64,000 nucleotides of DNA from the human T2T-CHM13v2.0 reference genome, Homo sapiens (GCF_009914755.1 NC_060947.1), one strand, 5' to 3'. Positions 19,637 through 49,485 are shown, counted from the first letter of the stretch. The notes: generated by a model not told the origin, from the sequence alone. A program made the numbers and translations.

Positions 19637-22339
19637 CATGTTGCTGATTTTTAATGTCTCGTTTGAGGTTCTACCCTGAAAACTACTGTGAATTCCAACG
19701 TTTTTGGTCATTTGCAGATAGACTGGAGAATGATGTTCTCATGACATAAAGACCAGGTTCCAGATAACAAACTGCAGAAAACCATTTTGCTGATGCTACT
19801 CTACCTTTGGATGCTATCATTTTTGTTTTGGAAACAAAAGACCTAGGAGATTTTTATCATAAGCCAAGTCTGCCGTGAGTAGGCTGGTTTCAAGGAGATG
19901 TATGAAAGAGAAACATCACAGTTGCTCCTCTCTCCAAAGAAGCATAGAGCATAGAGGTTAAGTGCACAAACTTTGGTTATCCACTTGCTAGCTGTGTGAC
20001 CTTGGGCAACTTGTGTAATTCTCTGTAGCTCAGTTTCCTCATCTTGTAAGACAGGGTACATAACTAGTGTTTTTGAGAGGTAAGATGAGATCACATACGG
20101 TCAATAAATGTCACCCTTGTTATTATCATTATTGCTAATCGACAATGGGAAATTGACCAAATCTATCTGTCTCCTCCCAGCTATTACTCTCACCAAGCTT
20201 TTTATACCTATTGTGTTCCCTGGAGAGAATATGATGAACTAATTCGTAATATGTGTATCAATGATGTGTGTATATATTTGGGAAGGTGGAACAAGTTGCA
20301 GAGAAGACATGTTGGTTTTATTAGTATATGAAGCCTTAAGGCAAAGTAACAAATCTATTGTGATGGCTCTTCTGGCCTCAGGAAGGATCCTGTAGAGGGC
20401 ATTTCTTGGGTTAGAGCCTACCCACCCCCCCTCCAATCAGGTCTGTGTTCGATTGGCCCCTGGCTCTAGCAGGCAGAGTACCAGAAGGGGGAAGAAAGCC
20501 CTGCTCTAGTGCTCCAGAGGGAAAAAAACTCATCTAGGAAGAGGGAATGGAGACAAGAGAAGCTATTATAGCATTTTTTATTTCCCCTTGGCACAAGGAG
20601 CTGTGCAGCTGGGGACCCACTACTACAGCTGCTCAGATAAAAATAAGTCATTGTCTTGTCCTTTGTACTCATGAGACACTGAAGCTATAGTTATCTATGT
20701 ATTGTAGGTGTACCCTCCTTTCCATACTGAGTACCAAGGTGATGTCTCCCCTGTTTAGTGGTCAGAGCTACTGTTCACAGAGTCTCTCTGTCCCTCCACC
20801 CCACTACCTCTCTCTATGAATGACACCTTTGATCACACTCAACCTTCTGATGATTGCTATGTTTCACTGGGTGCAGGTTGTCATTTCCCAGGAGACTGGG
20901 TTTATTCCTGGTTCTATGAGGATGTGTTCTGGGGTATCCTCGAAGCATTACTTTTGCCTTTCAACCCATGCCTGTTGACTCCACAACAGGCGTTGTCATG
21001 TATGTTTCAGACCATGACAGGAGGCATACCTAAGAGATTCTCCTTATGTCACTAGTACCCTAGCCTGTATTTGGGCTATTGGTTAGAGCCTAGTAACAAA
21101 ACTTTATCATGTGTCACACATTTCCATATGCGTTGTCTTATGTAGTCTGCTCAAAAATCCTTGATTGCCACCATTTTTTACAGGTGAGGAAACCGAGGCT
21201 CAGAGATATGAAATGACTTAGTCAGTATCACACAGGTAGCAAGTGGTGGATCTGGGATTCAAACCAAGCCTGTCCAACTCCATTAGGATGCTTGTCTCAT
21301 TGTATCAGGCCACCTTTTGTGCTAAAATTAATGAGCCAAAGATTAATCATCGTAGAGATTATTTAACTTTCCCAAAGACAGACTCGTTTAATACTGCAAC
21401 CTGGACTCAACTTGAGTCAATCATCTAACAAATGGCTGAGATGAGCAGTGAAGATGCAGCTTAATACTGGAAAGACTGTGAAGTGTGCATGTCTTCTGAT
21501 GGCAGGTTAGTAGGTCTACATGAAGACACAGCATCCTCTTCCTATGGTTATGGAATGGATGGTAACAGTAACATCAACAAGAACAGTTGAAATATGAAGC
21601 CCAACTAACAGCTCTCTAAATGAAGAAAGCTCCAGCACTGATGGAGCCAATTCAATAAACATCCAGGACTCTTTGATGAATACTCACTTTAGCTTTGGGG
21701 TCTGATTTTTATAATTCAAAATGATTGATCCTTTCACCCAATACTCATTTTTTCCTTAGATTATTTGCCTCCTAAAGTGTTTTCATTGAAAGCTAACTAA
21801 TTTTTGAGAAAAATAAATGCTGTGAACCCCCACCCCCGCATCTTGCTGCTTAGAAAGTGTTAATTATACTTAATGATTTATATGTTTTCCTCTTGTTCTT
21901 TCCTTGACTCCCTGGTAAGCTTCTTAAAGTTACAGTAAAGGAATCATATTCTGCTCACTCATAACTGAAACAATTCTTGAAAAAAATTTTCAGGACCTTT
22001 TTATTAAAATATCTTCAATAACAAGACAAAATGTTTCCTTTCAAACTGACAAATGTATTCAAGATTGTACAAAACAACATTTCCCCTTCATGTAATGAAG
22101 GAGAAGAAAATCTGGAAAGCTGCTTTTGACTTCATAAATGTGGGTTATGTCAGCTGAGAGCCTGGAGGGCATTTCTGGTTTTGAGGTAATCAACCTTTTA
22201 AAATGCATAATATACTTTTATGTGGTTTTAATGAGTACAAAAATATATTTGCATGTAGCATAAGGGCTTTTTCCCCATAAAACATGTGTTATCTTGAATC
22301 TTTTCCTTTGGGTATATATTCAGGTATGTTTTTAAATAA

Positions 22340-23126
<787 letters not shown>

Positions 23127-23701
23127 GTCCATCGCTTGCATCTCTCTTTCTCAATTCCTTCACGCCTCTCCCAGAAGGGAACCTTGGAAGAGTGGTATTA
23201 GTGGGACAAACTACAGCCCCCACTGCTGCAGTTAGTTTTGGGGCTGCAACTGATACTCAGCACCTGCCGCCTCCACTGCTCATTCTAGGTCACTCTCACC
23301 CATAGCTACTGCCCTCTGGTGGCCGTGATGGCTTCCTGGCTGGCCTGACCAAGACCCTAATTTCTGAGGGGCGAAGAGCAGCCTGGTCATTATCCCCTTC
23401 TCAGGCTGGGGCTGCTGTATCTGTCCACTTATAGTCACAATTTGGCAAGGAAGTACTAAGATATGCCCAGGTGACTCACCTATTTCTCCCTCTCCCCATT
23501 GTGCAACAGCAGCCCTACCTCCTCCTGATAATTTGAGTGAATTACTGCTACCAAGTCAGTGACCCCTCTTCTGGCCTGCTGGTCTCTGGACACAAGGAGC
23601 CCAAAGTGTCCAGGCTGCAGCCATAGCTTATAATTCAGTAAGACATTGACTCTGGATATGATGTGTCTCCTTTGGAGACCAGTTCCTCTAGCCCTGTAGC
23701 A

Positions 23702-24942
<1,241 letters not shown>

Positions 24943-26186
24943 TTTCAATGCTCTATCAGACCAGCAGCTTCTGGATGGTGTGGTATGTAATATGATTGGT
25001 GGGTCCCATGATCCTGGGCCCACTCCTGCATCTCCTTTGTCGGTCTTCTGGTCTGTCTCAGTGTTACGTGGAATACGACACTGCTGGATCTAATACTACC
25101 AAAGTCCTGAAATAGAGGTGCTGCCTGAGACCCTGCAGGCTGGAAAGTTAAATTCATACTTGAAATATGCATGTATTCCTATGAGAATGAACCATTGGCC
25201 CTTTCAGGATGGAAGGGGCATAATGTTGTGAACTTGCCACCAAGTGACCAGTTGGTCTCCTCAAGGAATGGTGCCATATTAGGGGCTCAGTGTTGATCTC
25301 TGTAGTTGGCAGGCTGAACATTCTTTAGTGGCAATGGCTAGATTGGTCTTCGTAAGTGGGAGTCTGTGCTGTTGGACCCAGGCTTAGCCTCCCTCTCTGC
25401 CTCGGTGGCCACTCTGTTCATATGCCCATTGTGCCAATACTGCAGTGGCCAAAGATAGAGACTGACTGGTGTCAACTGCCCAGGTCATTTTGTCTGCTTG
25501 GTTGTTCAATGCTTCTTCTGAGCTAGACGCTCTCTAATTGGCGCCAATATGTGCTACAAACATTTCATGCTTAGTGCCCACTTGCACATATCTATCCACA
25601 TCCATCTACCTCAGATATCATTGTTTCCAATTTTCCAGTCTTTTCCCTTCCAAACGCCTTACAAGCTGATCAGGTCATTCACCAGTGACCACAGCTTCAT
25701 AAATATTTTAACCTCAGGCCACTTCTCTTTCCACCCAAGGTGGGTGATAAAGTGCATCACCCAAAGCTCTGCCCACTGGGAGGATTTTCATCTGTCACTG
25801 TCTTTCAAGCACCTCTGATCTCCCAAGTGAGGCTACAATGCAGCCAGTGTCCATTTTTGGCTTGCACCCGCATACTGACAAAACCCATTCATAAACCAAG
25901 CTTTTCCTTCTTTCTTCAGTTGATCTGATAGAATCCCCATAAAGTTGCAGGCATGAGCTAAAGGAGGGCACTGGTATAACAGTGGTGCATGCCATGGTGG
26001 TCTAGGCTACCTGATCTTGCACTTTACTTGTGCCCTGTAGTCCTGCTTATAAGCAGTCCTGGAGAGCCCCCTTTTGTCCTTTGATGAATTGTTGCTGGGT
26101 CCGCCTGACCTTATGGTTTAGTGGGTCTGATAAGACACAGCTCATGATAGACAGTTTTAGGTCCATGATCACTTGGTGTTCTGTGA

Positions 26187-26579
<393 letters not shown>

Positions 26580-29500
26580 TAGGCGACATGGCCTTTCTCC
26601 AGAACCCCAGGGCCCTGCATCATGATTCTCCAACAGGGGTTTGCCACAGAATCCATACTGAATCTTTTCCCACCACTGATACCTCCAACACCACACGATC
26701 TGCTAGATTGTATGGCCCAAGTGTCAGGCAGGGCACTTGCATGACAGCCTGGACCTGATGCAGAGCCCTTTGCTGCTCCTGGTCCCCAGGCATAGCTAGT
26801 AACCTTCCTTGTCACCTGTTATAGAGGGATGGAGCAGAATCCTTACATATGGGATACATTGCCTCTAAAACCCAAAGAGGCCCACCAGGTGTCATGATTG
26901 CTTCTTTGTGCCAGGAGGTGCAATGTGCAGGAATTTGTCTTTTACTTTTACTTTGGAGGGAATGCCCCAGTATGCCCTGAACCACGGGACTTCTAAAAAT
27001 TTTATGGATCGGGTAAACCTCTAAATCTTTATAGGGTTTATCTCCCACCCTCAGTGTATGTGTCTTACCAAGAGGTAGCACACTAGTTACCTCCTGCTCA
27101 TCTGGTCTGATCAACAAAACATCATCAATGTAATAGGTTAATATGATATTCTGCAGGATATCCAGATGTTTTTACTCTCTTCAGACTAAATTATGACAAA
27201 GTAGAAGAGCTAATATAGGCCCAGGGCAGAACTATAAATTTATATTTCTTCCTATTTATTTGAATATTTCTGTTTCTTTTTTCTGATTGAGATAGAAAAG
27301 AATGAATTTTCCAAATCAACGCCTACACAATATATATTTGAGGCTGTATCAATCTGTTCCCACAAAGATACCATGTCTGACACAGAGACTATGATCAGAG
27401 CTACTATTTGGTTGAGCTTGCAGCAGCCTACAGTCATCTCCAAGGATCTATCTGGTTTTTGCAGGCACAACACTGGTAAATTAAATGGAGATATGATGAG
27501 AATCGCCACCTCTATATCTTTTAGATCCTTAAGGATGACACTAATCTGCATACACCACTACCCTGAGGGGATGTGATAATTTATTATCTTGGCCAGGGGT
27601 GGTGGTGGTGGTTTAGTATCAGAGGCTTCTACTTGGCCTTCCCCATTGTAATAGTTATTATCTCACTGGCCAAAGACACAAAGTAATGGCTGCCCTAACT
27701 ACCCGATCATACACTTTGAGACTGGGGTAATGACCACTGAGTTCTTGTACCCAATGGACTTCCTGTGAGCTGGAGCTTGGCCAAGACTCAATTTCTTACC
27801 TGGTTCCCGTATGTCCCCACTCTCACAGTGGGCCATGATGATGCTTTGGGTCTCTGAGTGTCTATGTCAACTCAGACTCTAGGTCCAACACTCCTTGAAA
27901 CATCTAAGTATTCCCTTTCTCTAGTGCACAGTTACCTAAATGCATGCCCAGAGGTCTCTGCAGGAGGAAAAAGAAGAATCATGGCAGTGTCCTTTCTCCT
28001 AGGGACCCAATCACCTCTTCTGTCAGTGAGTTCTGGGCTTGAAAACTGGCTCAGATCTGGAAACTCTACAAGGGATCACGGCTTTTTTATTGAAGTGACT
28101 GCCGTCAGCCTCCCAGATTTTTTCAGCTATTACAAGCTGAGTAATACTCTTTTCAATAAATTTTGCCCCTGGAGATGCTCTGTTCTATTAACCATCTCCA
28201 TAACTCTCCTGGGTCAGGCTTCCTGAACTGTCATGCTAACTTTGTCTTATAATAGTTGCAACTTCCTGGCTTCTGGAGATTAAGGACCACCACCTGGCCT
28301 CTGCTGTCTTGGGTCTTATCATCCATAGTGCTATCAGTGAGCTAAGTTTATAAGGGCTTTTCCTGTTGTCAGTTCTGACCTGCAGAGGAGGCCACTACTG
28401 AAATTTTGAGTGATGCTTGCTGGCGATCGTCTTGCCAGTGGATTCCTGATGGCCTTGTTCAACAGTGTGAATCTTTCCATGGAATACAATCTTCTGCTGG
28501 GTCTTGTGGCTGTACATAGTGACATGAGTTCCAGCATGCCCACTTCCTTGAGCCTCGAATCCTTCCCTCTGCAATTTGCCTAAGCAATTCTGAAATTCCA
28601 ACTTCACTCAGCACAGGCTGTATTTCTTACATCTAGGAGCCATCTTAGTAGAAAATTTGCACCATTTCCTGGGGTCTTTGACAGGATGTTAAATCCGGTA
28701 TCTCAGGAAAGCACTCCCAAGTCAGTAAACTTTTCCAATTGTATGATCCCACTGCCTCCATTCCCACCGCCTTGATCAAGCCCCCTCAGAACCCAGCCTC
28801 ATGTGTATATTCCCCTTTCTCCTGCTAGTACACGTCAGCTACTTCTTGTAGCTTCTTTGAAGTGTAAGCCCTTTCCTCGCTTGCAAGGCCCAGCATATCC
28901 CCAGCACAGCATATCCCCCAGCAGCTATGCTTAAACTGAACCCTGACTGTGCGGCTAGTGCCCTGAAAGGGAAGTGGGAGCGAGCCCTAAGAAGGAACAT
29001 ATGTTGTCATGTGGGAAGAGGCCTCTGCATAGTCTTCTACTGTGGGTGCTAGTAGGGTGCTAGCTCTTGATAGGAATTAGGTGGGCCATATCTACTGGTT
29101 CAGAAGGTTTAGGGGAGTGTGGGGAGTCAAAATCTTTGTAATCATTCACCTAGATGACTCCATCCATGTGTTGCTGTGCCTGATTTTCCCAACCAAGGGC
29201 CTTACCTTGGTTGGGTATTTAACCTTAGTAGAAGTCCAGCCACTCTGACTATTAAGTCCTAGGTTTAGTTCGCAGAGTACTCTGCCCTCCTCATAGGAGA
29301 TGAAATAGCTTTTTTAATTTTTATTTTTGTTTACTTATTTATTGTTTTTGAGACAGGGTGTCTGTCTGTCACCCATACTGGAGTGCAGTGGTGTGATCTT
29401 AGCTCACTGCAGCTTCAAATTCCTGACTCAAGCAATCCTCTCGCCACCACCTCCTGAGTAGCTGGGACCACAGGCATGCACCATCACACCCAGCTGATTT

Positions 29501-29951
29501 TTTAAATTTTTTTGTAGAGGCAGGGTCTTGTTTTGTTGCTCAGGCTGGTCCCAAAACCCTGGCCTCAAGCAATCCTCCCACCTCGGTGTCCAAAAGTGCC
29601 AGGATTATAGGCATGAGCCACTGAACCAGGCAAAAGAGCTCTTTTGTATATAACCACAGAGGCCTTCTCAGCTTTTGCACCTGGCTTTCAATTGCCTATT
29701 ACCCTCAGCAGTTCATTAAATATTTAGTCATCCGATCTTGTCAGCCACGTAGTTAATATTCCCTCCCGATATTTCAAATGCCTTCTGTATCACACCCATA
29801 ATGCATTTCCAGTGCACCTCAGGTGAAAGGTTAAATAATCAGACTGCTGCCTGGTGCCATCTGTACTCCTCACTAGTGAGTGAGGGGTTCTCATTTTCAC
29901 CTGAGAGGTGAGTGATCTGACTCCAAAAGTCCATCCTATTGGCTGCTTTCT

Positions 29952-30393
29952 CAGAACACTCCCAGTATCAACTGTCACAGGGTTCTGCAGAAGCAGGCAT
30001 GGAAATGAAGTTTGGGGTACAAGATATTTATTAGGGATAAACATTTGTGCAAGGAAGGGGGAAGAAACACTGTTGGGCAGAGGGAAAAGATGAACTACTG
30101 TGCAGGTCCAACAAAACCTTGGCCAACCCAGCAGGAAACTCTGGAACAAATAATGCTCGTTCAAGAGCCCCATCTAAAGCCAAAATGGCCATGCCTTCGT
30201 AGCCCTCCCCCTCTCAGTCACCAGATGCAGGCTGTCCCAGGAAAAGTGTGACCTTGGGGTAAGGTGACTCTCTGCAGCTGTGGAAGGAGCTGACAGATAG
30301 ATGGAGGATGTTTGCTAATCAAACTTCCCATAGCTGGGCAGCATCTCCTTCCTTAAGGAAGGATTCAGGTGGTAGATCTCAGTGTCTATGACA
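29952..30393 (-). mobile_element. 5' LTR plus degenerate tRNA-Leu-like primer binding site
   Basis: Minus strand reads ...tgtgacA-GT-TGATACTGGGAGTG, similar to the Leu PBS TGGTGTCAGGAGTG. Confidence 0.7.
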
Positions 30394-30507
30394 GAGTTAG
30401 AAGTCGAGGGTCTGAGTCCTGACTCTTATCACTTGCTTGCTGTGTGACACTGGGCAAAGTGCTCCACATTGTTGAATCTCTGCTTTCATATTTTGAAATG
30501 GAAATAC

Positions 30508-31016
30508 CATGGATGGAACTGGAGATCATTATGTTAAGGGAAATAAGCCAGGCACAGGAAGACAAACATCTCATGTTCTCACTTATTTGTGGGATCTAAA
30601 AATCAAAACAATTGAACTCATGCACATAGAAAGTAGAAGGATGGTTACCAGAGGCTGGCAATGGTAGTAGGGGGCTGGTGGGGGAAGTGAGTATAGTTAA
30701 TAGGTACAAAAAATAGAAAGAATGAATAAGACCTGCTATTCGATAGCACAACAGGGTGACTATAGCCAATAACAACTTAACTGCACATTTTAAAATAAAA
30801 AGTGTGACTGGATTGCTTGCAACTCAATGGGTAAATGCTTCAGGGGATGGATACCCCATTCTTCATGATTCTTTTTGCATGCCTGTATCAAAACACCTCA
30901 GGTACCCCATAAACTTATATACCTACTATGTACTCACAAAAAATTTTGAAAAATTTTTGAAAGAAATAAATAGGAAAAAATTAAAACGAAATAAAATAAA
31001 TTGTTGGTCTGTAAAA
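30508..31016 (+). mobile_element. 5'-truncated L1 (L1MA-like 3' end) inserted in a MIR
   Basis: catggatggaactggagatcattatg...A-rich tail; TSD aaatggaaatac at 30496-30507 and 31017-31028. Confidence 0.88.
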
Positions 31017-32133
31017 AAATGGAAATACTTCCCACATGGGGTAGTTATGAGAAGATTAAATAAAGCAATGCACATGCGGCAGCATTTTGTAAACTCTAAG
31101 GTGTGTTATAAACATGAGTTTTATTTCAGGAAAAGGGCACATTTACTGGTATTCATAGAGCTTCTTTTTTTTCCTTTTCTCTTCTCTGGCCCATTTCCAC
31201 TTCTTTCAGCCACCTAAATTAAAACAAGTAATACGCTGGATAAAGTTTATTCATTTTTTCTCTATTGGAGTAAATATCCATTCATGTGAAGATCTATGTG
31301 TGACTTATATTTAGATATTTAATAGTGACTAATACAGAACTTTGCACCCCATCATATGGGGCCTACAAAGCCAGAGACAAGTCATTTGATTCCTTGTAAC
31401 AGGAATGTCTTGTTAGCAAGATTTAACTGGTGGCTTTACTATCAGTTTCATTCAAGTAAGCTTCTGTGTGGATAGACAATATTTCTTGATATTGCATGAG
31501 AATCAAATGAGACCCTATATATAAGAAGCTTTGCAATGGACTGTGCACATGCTTTCATTTCCATTAATATCATTTCCTGCCCAATCATTTCCTTCTGGAA
31601 AGGTAATTTCAAGCCTCTGTAAAGAAGTCCTGTGCTTAAGGATCTTGCTCAAAAATGCCACTTTCTTCCTGAAGGCTGGACTTTAAGGAATTTCCCCTTC
31701 TTTCTTACCAAACAAGAAGCTTCTTGATTATCATAGTACAGATATTTAATAATATTTGTTGAATGATTTAGTAACTGAATGAAATATTTTTAAAAGGCAA
31801 TAAAAAAGAGGCTTTTCTTGCTAAATGGAAGGCTTCATTTGTCCCCATTCTATTGAATGTGCTGGTTCTGAGAAGAATTGAGTTACTTTAATTTTCACTC
31901 TAGGCTTTCCCCAAGTTTGGTGAAACTTTCCATAGAACTGTTTGTTTTGTTATAGTACCATCTTCTGTTTTATTTATGTTACTAGCCTTATATACGTGTG
32001 GCTTATATTTAGATATTAAATATTGCCTAACACAGAGCTTGGCACCCAATAAATAAATATTTTTTCAGTGAATGAATGAACAGGAAGGATTGTGCCCACT
32101 TTTATAGGAGAAAAACAGTGTTATCAGAAGTGA

Positions 32134-33747
<1,614 letters not shown>

Positions 33748-33884
33748 TAAAAGCCTTTGAAAGAAGTATTCAGCATGCCTTACTGTTTACTGGTGTGTGT
33801 AACAATATTAGTCCCCTTGAGGAAGACATAAAATCAAATATTCTGAACAAGGCACTATTGGTATTTAGCACTGCATTTTTTAAA

Positions 33885-34365
33885 AAGCAGCTTAAAAGAA
33901 CACACGTATTTATTATCTCATGCTTCAGGGGTCCAGGCATAGCTTAGCTGCATCCTCTTCTTCAGGGTCTCTCAGAAGACTGCAATCAAGTGTTGGCTGG
34001 TGCTGGGGTCTCATCTGAGACTCAAATGGTGAAGGATCCACTTCCAAGATCTCATGGTTGCTGTCAGGACTCAGTTCCTTGTGGTCTATTAGCCAGTCTC
34101 ACCTCATTTCCTTGTTACATAGGCCTCCCTAATGGCTGCTTGTTTCATCAAAGCATGTAAGTTGAGAGAGAGAGAAAGTCTGCCAGCAAGATGGAAGTTG
34201 CAATCCTATGTAATATAATCATGGAGGTGACATCCCATCACCCCTGTCACATTCTATTGGTTAGAAGCAAGTCACAGGTCTTACCCACATGTGGGGGAGA
34301 GATTACACAAGGTGTGAATTCCAGGAGACTGGGATCACTGGGGACATCTAAAAGCCAACCTATCA
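33885..34365 (-). mobile_element. MLT1-family LTR
   Basis: gcttaaaa..atttattatctca...gactgcaatcaag...cacattctattggttagaagcaagtcac, typical of MLT1 from recall. Confidence 0.65.
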
Positions 34366-35660
34366 CACTTGGCATGCTTGAAGCTGATTGATAGGATCCA
34401 GGTTCAAAACAGCTTTCCAGGGCAAGATGCAGTCACTTAGGAGCAGGGCTCTACTAAGATTGAGTGTGGCAGAGAGGTGAGCTGGGTCCAATAAGAAGCC
34501 TCTTGATCAAACTATATTAACCCAATCAGGTGGACTAGCAGGTGCTTTCTGTTCTGTCTTTGAACCTCCATTTAGGTTATATGTCTTCCATAAGTCAGCT
34601 GAGTTTGTCCTCAAAACTGATAACTCCAGTTATTATAATTACATTATCATATAACTAAATATTACATAAATTGACTACATATGGCTATGAAAAAAGTGTT
34701 TTATAAAAATTGACCTTAATATTATAGAAATTATTATTAAATGACTCAAGTTGCTAAAAACATCACTGTCAACTTAGCCATGGTTGAAACATTGGTAAGG
34801 ATGAGGGAAAGATGAAAATCTAGGAGTCTGCTCTCAGATTTCTTTGCCCATGTTTCCTAAGCTCTTTATCCACTTTAAATAAACAGGAACTGGTAATCAG
34901 ATGAAGCATACATGTGCTGTGTATATAAGAAGGACGAGGAGAAATGCTCATCAGCATGTTCACACTTGAAGAAAAGTCTTCAGCCTTAAGTCAGACTAGT
35001 GCATGTACAAATATAGGTTTTAAAGTAGAATAAAATTTTCATGTATATTTTCAGTTTTTGAATAATTGTGTAGTTAAGTCAGGCCTAGCTATTGATAATC
35101 TCCATTCTTATTTCATGGGCATCTCAGGTGAGGGATTGCTTTCCACTTACCTTTTGTTTTGCCCTTTTCTCAAGTGGTACCATCCCTACTTGACCCAGGG
35201 ACTTTCATTCCTAGCGGGTATTCCCTGCTGGATAGGTGAGTTCATCCACCCATGGGCTTTGGTGGCTGGAGATCCAGCTGATTAACATGTCAACTGAGCA
35301 TCCTTCTTCTCCCAGCTCAAGATGTTTCCCTATGCCCATGACAGGCTGAAACCGCTAGAGTTGTTCAAATGCTTGGCCAACTATACCTGTGGATCCTTCA
35401 AAAACCCAAGGGTCTGAGAATAGAGGCCTTTTAATCCAGCTGTGCTCACAGGCTCAGCATTAGATCTGGTTGTCTCTAGGAAAGCCCCAGCTGTCAGGTC
35501 TCCCAGGGACATATGATCATATGCAACCTGCTATCCTCACACTTGCATTCCTTTTACTCATCTATGCCATAATCACCAGGTGTCTGCTTCAAGAACAAAA
35601 CCAAATTTAATTATTAACCTTATCATAAATAGAATTAGGCAACTAAAAATAACAAAACTA

Positions 35661-36353
<693 letters not shown>

Positions 36354-37045
36354 AAACACCAACCCTTTTCCTCACCCTTGTTCTAAACTCCCCTGTTCAC
36401 CCACAATGATACCACCCATGGAAAAAGGACAAGGGGAAGTGGCAGGGAATACATGAAAGAGTCATTCTGCGGTGGGTTGGCACAACAAGAGAATCTTGAA
36501 TATCTTCCTGCCTCAACTTTCTAGCACCTAGCTCCAACCTTTCAGTAAGACTATTTAGGTTGTACTCATTTCCTGTTGCTGAGAGAAATTAATCTTTGGG
36601 GTTCTGTAATTTCACTAAAGTTTTATCTTAGACGTTTCTTTAAACTGTGTCTACACAGGCAAAACACAAATTAGATGTGAGAGCTACACCGATTATCCTG
36701 GTAATTCAAGCAAAACACCCAGTTCTTGGGTAAAATGAGAACTTTTTGTGTTCATTTTTTTCTAATTCTCTATACTACCCAAATACAAGGGATTGTAATG
36801 ATACCATAGTCCTTAGGATTCGTACTGGAGGCATTATAATTTGGGCCTTCAAGTCTTTTAGTAATTAGAACCCTGCTGATAAAATAAGACTTTTACCAAA
36901 TCCCACTTGATGTTAAGCAAAACAAAGTTTTACAAACATAGCAGATAATTGCTCTACTTTGCATTTTACTTCATTTTAGAATTATAGTTCGGAGAATTCT
37001 ATTAAAACAAAGTGAAACTTAATAAATAATATCTCAAGATAATGT

Positions 37046-41208
<4,163 letters not shown>

Positions 41209-41414
41209 TAGGAATTTGTTATGCACCCTGAACATAAGTCCTTTGTTAGATACATAGTTTGCAAATGTTTTCTCCCTGTCTGTGGCTTGCCTATTCCGTG
41301 AATTTCCTAATAGTGTTTTCTCACATACACATATTTCATTTTATTTTTTATTTATTAATAGTAGCTTCTTCTTATTACAAAATTAATACATACTCATTTT
41401 AAAAAGTGAGAAAA

Positions 41415-42941
41415 GCTTGCACCCTCCTGGGCCGAGGCGCTCCCCGGTGCTCCCAGTGCAGCCATGGCTCAGCACTTCTCCCTGGACGCCTGCGATGTGG
41501 TCGGATTCTACCTGGACCACACCCTGTGTCACTACAACCTGCCCGAGAGCGCCCCACTCATTTATAATAGCTTTGCCCAGTTCTTAGTTAAGGAGAAAGG
41601 GTATGATAAGGAATTGCTCAATGTGACCCCAGAGGATTGGAATTTCTGTTGCAAGGGTTTGGCATTGGATCTAGAAGATAGGAACTTCCTTAAACTTGCT
41701 GATAATGGCACTGTTCTCAGGGCAAGCCATGGCACCAAGATGATGACTCCAGAGGTGCTGGCAGAGACATATGGCAAGAAAGGGTGGAAGCATTTCTTGT
41801 CGGACACTGGAATGGCTTGCCGCTCATGAAAGTATTATTTTTACAACTACTTTGACCTGCCGGGAGCTCTTCTATGTGCCAGGGTGGTGGACTATTTAAC
41901 AACAAACAATGGTCAAAAAACATTTGATTTTTGGAAGGATATAGTTGCTGCTATACAACACAATTATAAAATGTCAGCTTTTAAGGAAAACTGTGGAATA
42001 TATATTCCAGAAGTAAAAAGAGATCCAGGCAGATATTTACACAGTTGTCCTAAATCTGTGAAAAAATGGCTTCGACAGCTAAAGAATGCTGGGAAAATTC
42101 TTCTGTTAATTACCAGTTCTCACAGTGATTACTGTAGACTTCTCTGCGAATATATCCTCGGGAATGATTTTGCAGACCTTTTTGACATTGTGATTACAAA
42201 TGCATTGAAGCCTGGTTTCTTCTCCCACTTACCAAGTCAGAGACCTTTCTGGATGCAGAGAATGATGAGGAGCAGGAGGCGCTGCCATCTCTGGATAAAC
42301 CTGGCTGGTGCTCCCAAGGGAACGCTATCCACCTCTATGAACTTCTGAAGAAAATCAATGGCAAACCTGAACCCAAGGTTGTTTATTACGGCATGCATTC
42401 AGATATTTTCCTGGCTCATCACTATAGTAATTGGGAGACAGTTCTTATCCTGGAAGAACTCAGAGGGATGAAGGTGCAAGGAGTCAGAGGCCTGAGAAGT
42501 CAGAGCCTCTAGAGAAAAAGGAAAATATGAGGGACCAAAGGTAAAGCCTCTAAATACTTCATCTAAAAAATGAGGCTCCTTTTTTTTTTATTGATTCAGT
42601 GTTGGGACTGGAAAATACAGAAGACTCCTTGGTTTGTGCATAGTCTTGTAAGAGAATCAGTACTTACAGCACTATTGTAATTCCAAGTATTGAAATAATC
42701 GCAGAATTACCTCTGGACTACAAATTTACAAGATTCTCTTCAAGCAATTCAAAAACAGCTGGGCTACTATCCAAACCCTCCATTGGTCTTATCAAATGAT
42801 GGGACACTGATAACTAAATAAGTTGTCTTTACTGAAAAATGAAGTGAAGACCCATATATGCAGTAAAAAAAAAATTCAAAAAATACTGTAAAAAGTTTTA
42901 AGGAATAAGTTTTTAATGAAAATTGACCAAGAAGTTGAAAA
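41415..42941 (+). pseudogene. Processed pseudogene of NT5DC1 (5'-nucleotidase domain-containing 1, HAD family)
   Basis: Intronless MAQHFSL..CDVVGF(Y)LDHTL from ATG 41464 to TAA 42819-42821; premature TGA at 41827-41829 and 42571-42573; frameshift after SQRPF; GC-rich 5'UTR; A tail; TSD aaaaa(g/a)tgagaaaa at 41401-41414 and 42942-42955; TTTT/AAAA L1 endonuclease site. Confidence 0.93.
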
Positions 42942-43439
42942 AAAAAATGAGAAAATACACATAAACAAAAAGACTAAACTAAAAAACAGGCATGTTAGAA
43001 CCCAGAAATATTGTAACCAGGATATTAATACCTTTCAGATACTTTGCTGCATATATTTATAAATTTTTCTTTGCTATAAAGAACATTAGTAGCAAAGTTA
43101 TTGAAATTTTAACAATCTATAGATTAAATAATAGTATTATATTAATATTAATAAGACTTTGACAATTCAACTACAGTTATATAAGAGAATGTTGTTTAGG
43201 AGTAAAGAGACATCATGGATGCCACTTACATTCAAAATATTAAAAATAATATAATAATTTCTATCAATTAAGAGAATGAAAAAGCAAATGCAGTAAAAAT
43301 GTTAACATTTGGAGAATCTGGATAAAGGGCATACAGGAACTTATTGTACTACTATATTGAAATTTTTGTCTAAGTCAGCTATTATTTCATTATAAAAGTT
43401 CAAAAACTTAATGACTAAATTAATTTTAAAAATTAAATT

Positions 43440-49485
<6,046 letters not shown>

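Noticed and set aside
41884-42348. 154-aa NT5DC1-like ORF as a functional gene
   Set aside because: Internal fragment of a retrocopy between a premature stop and a frameshift; GTG start
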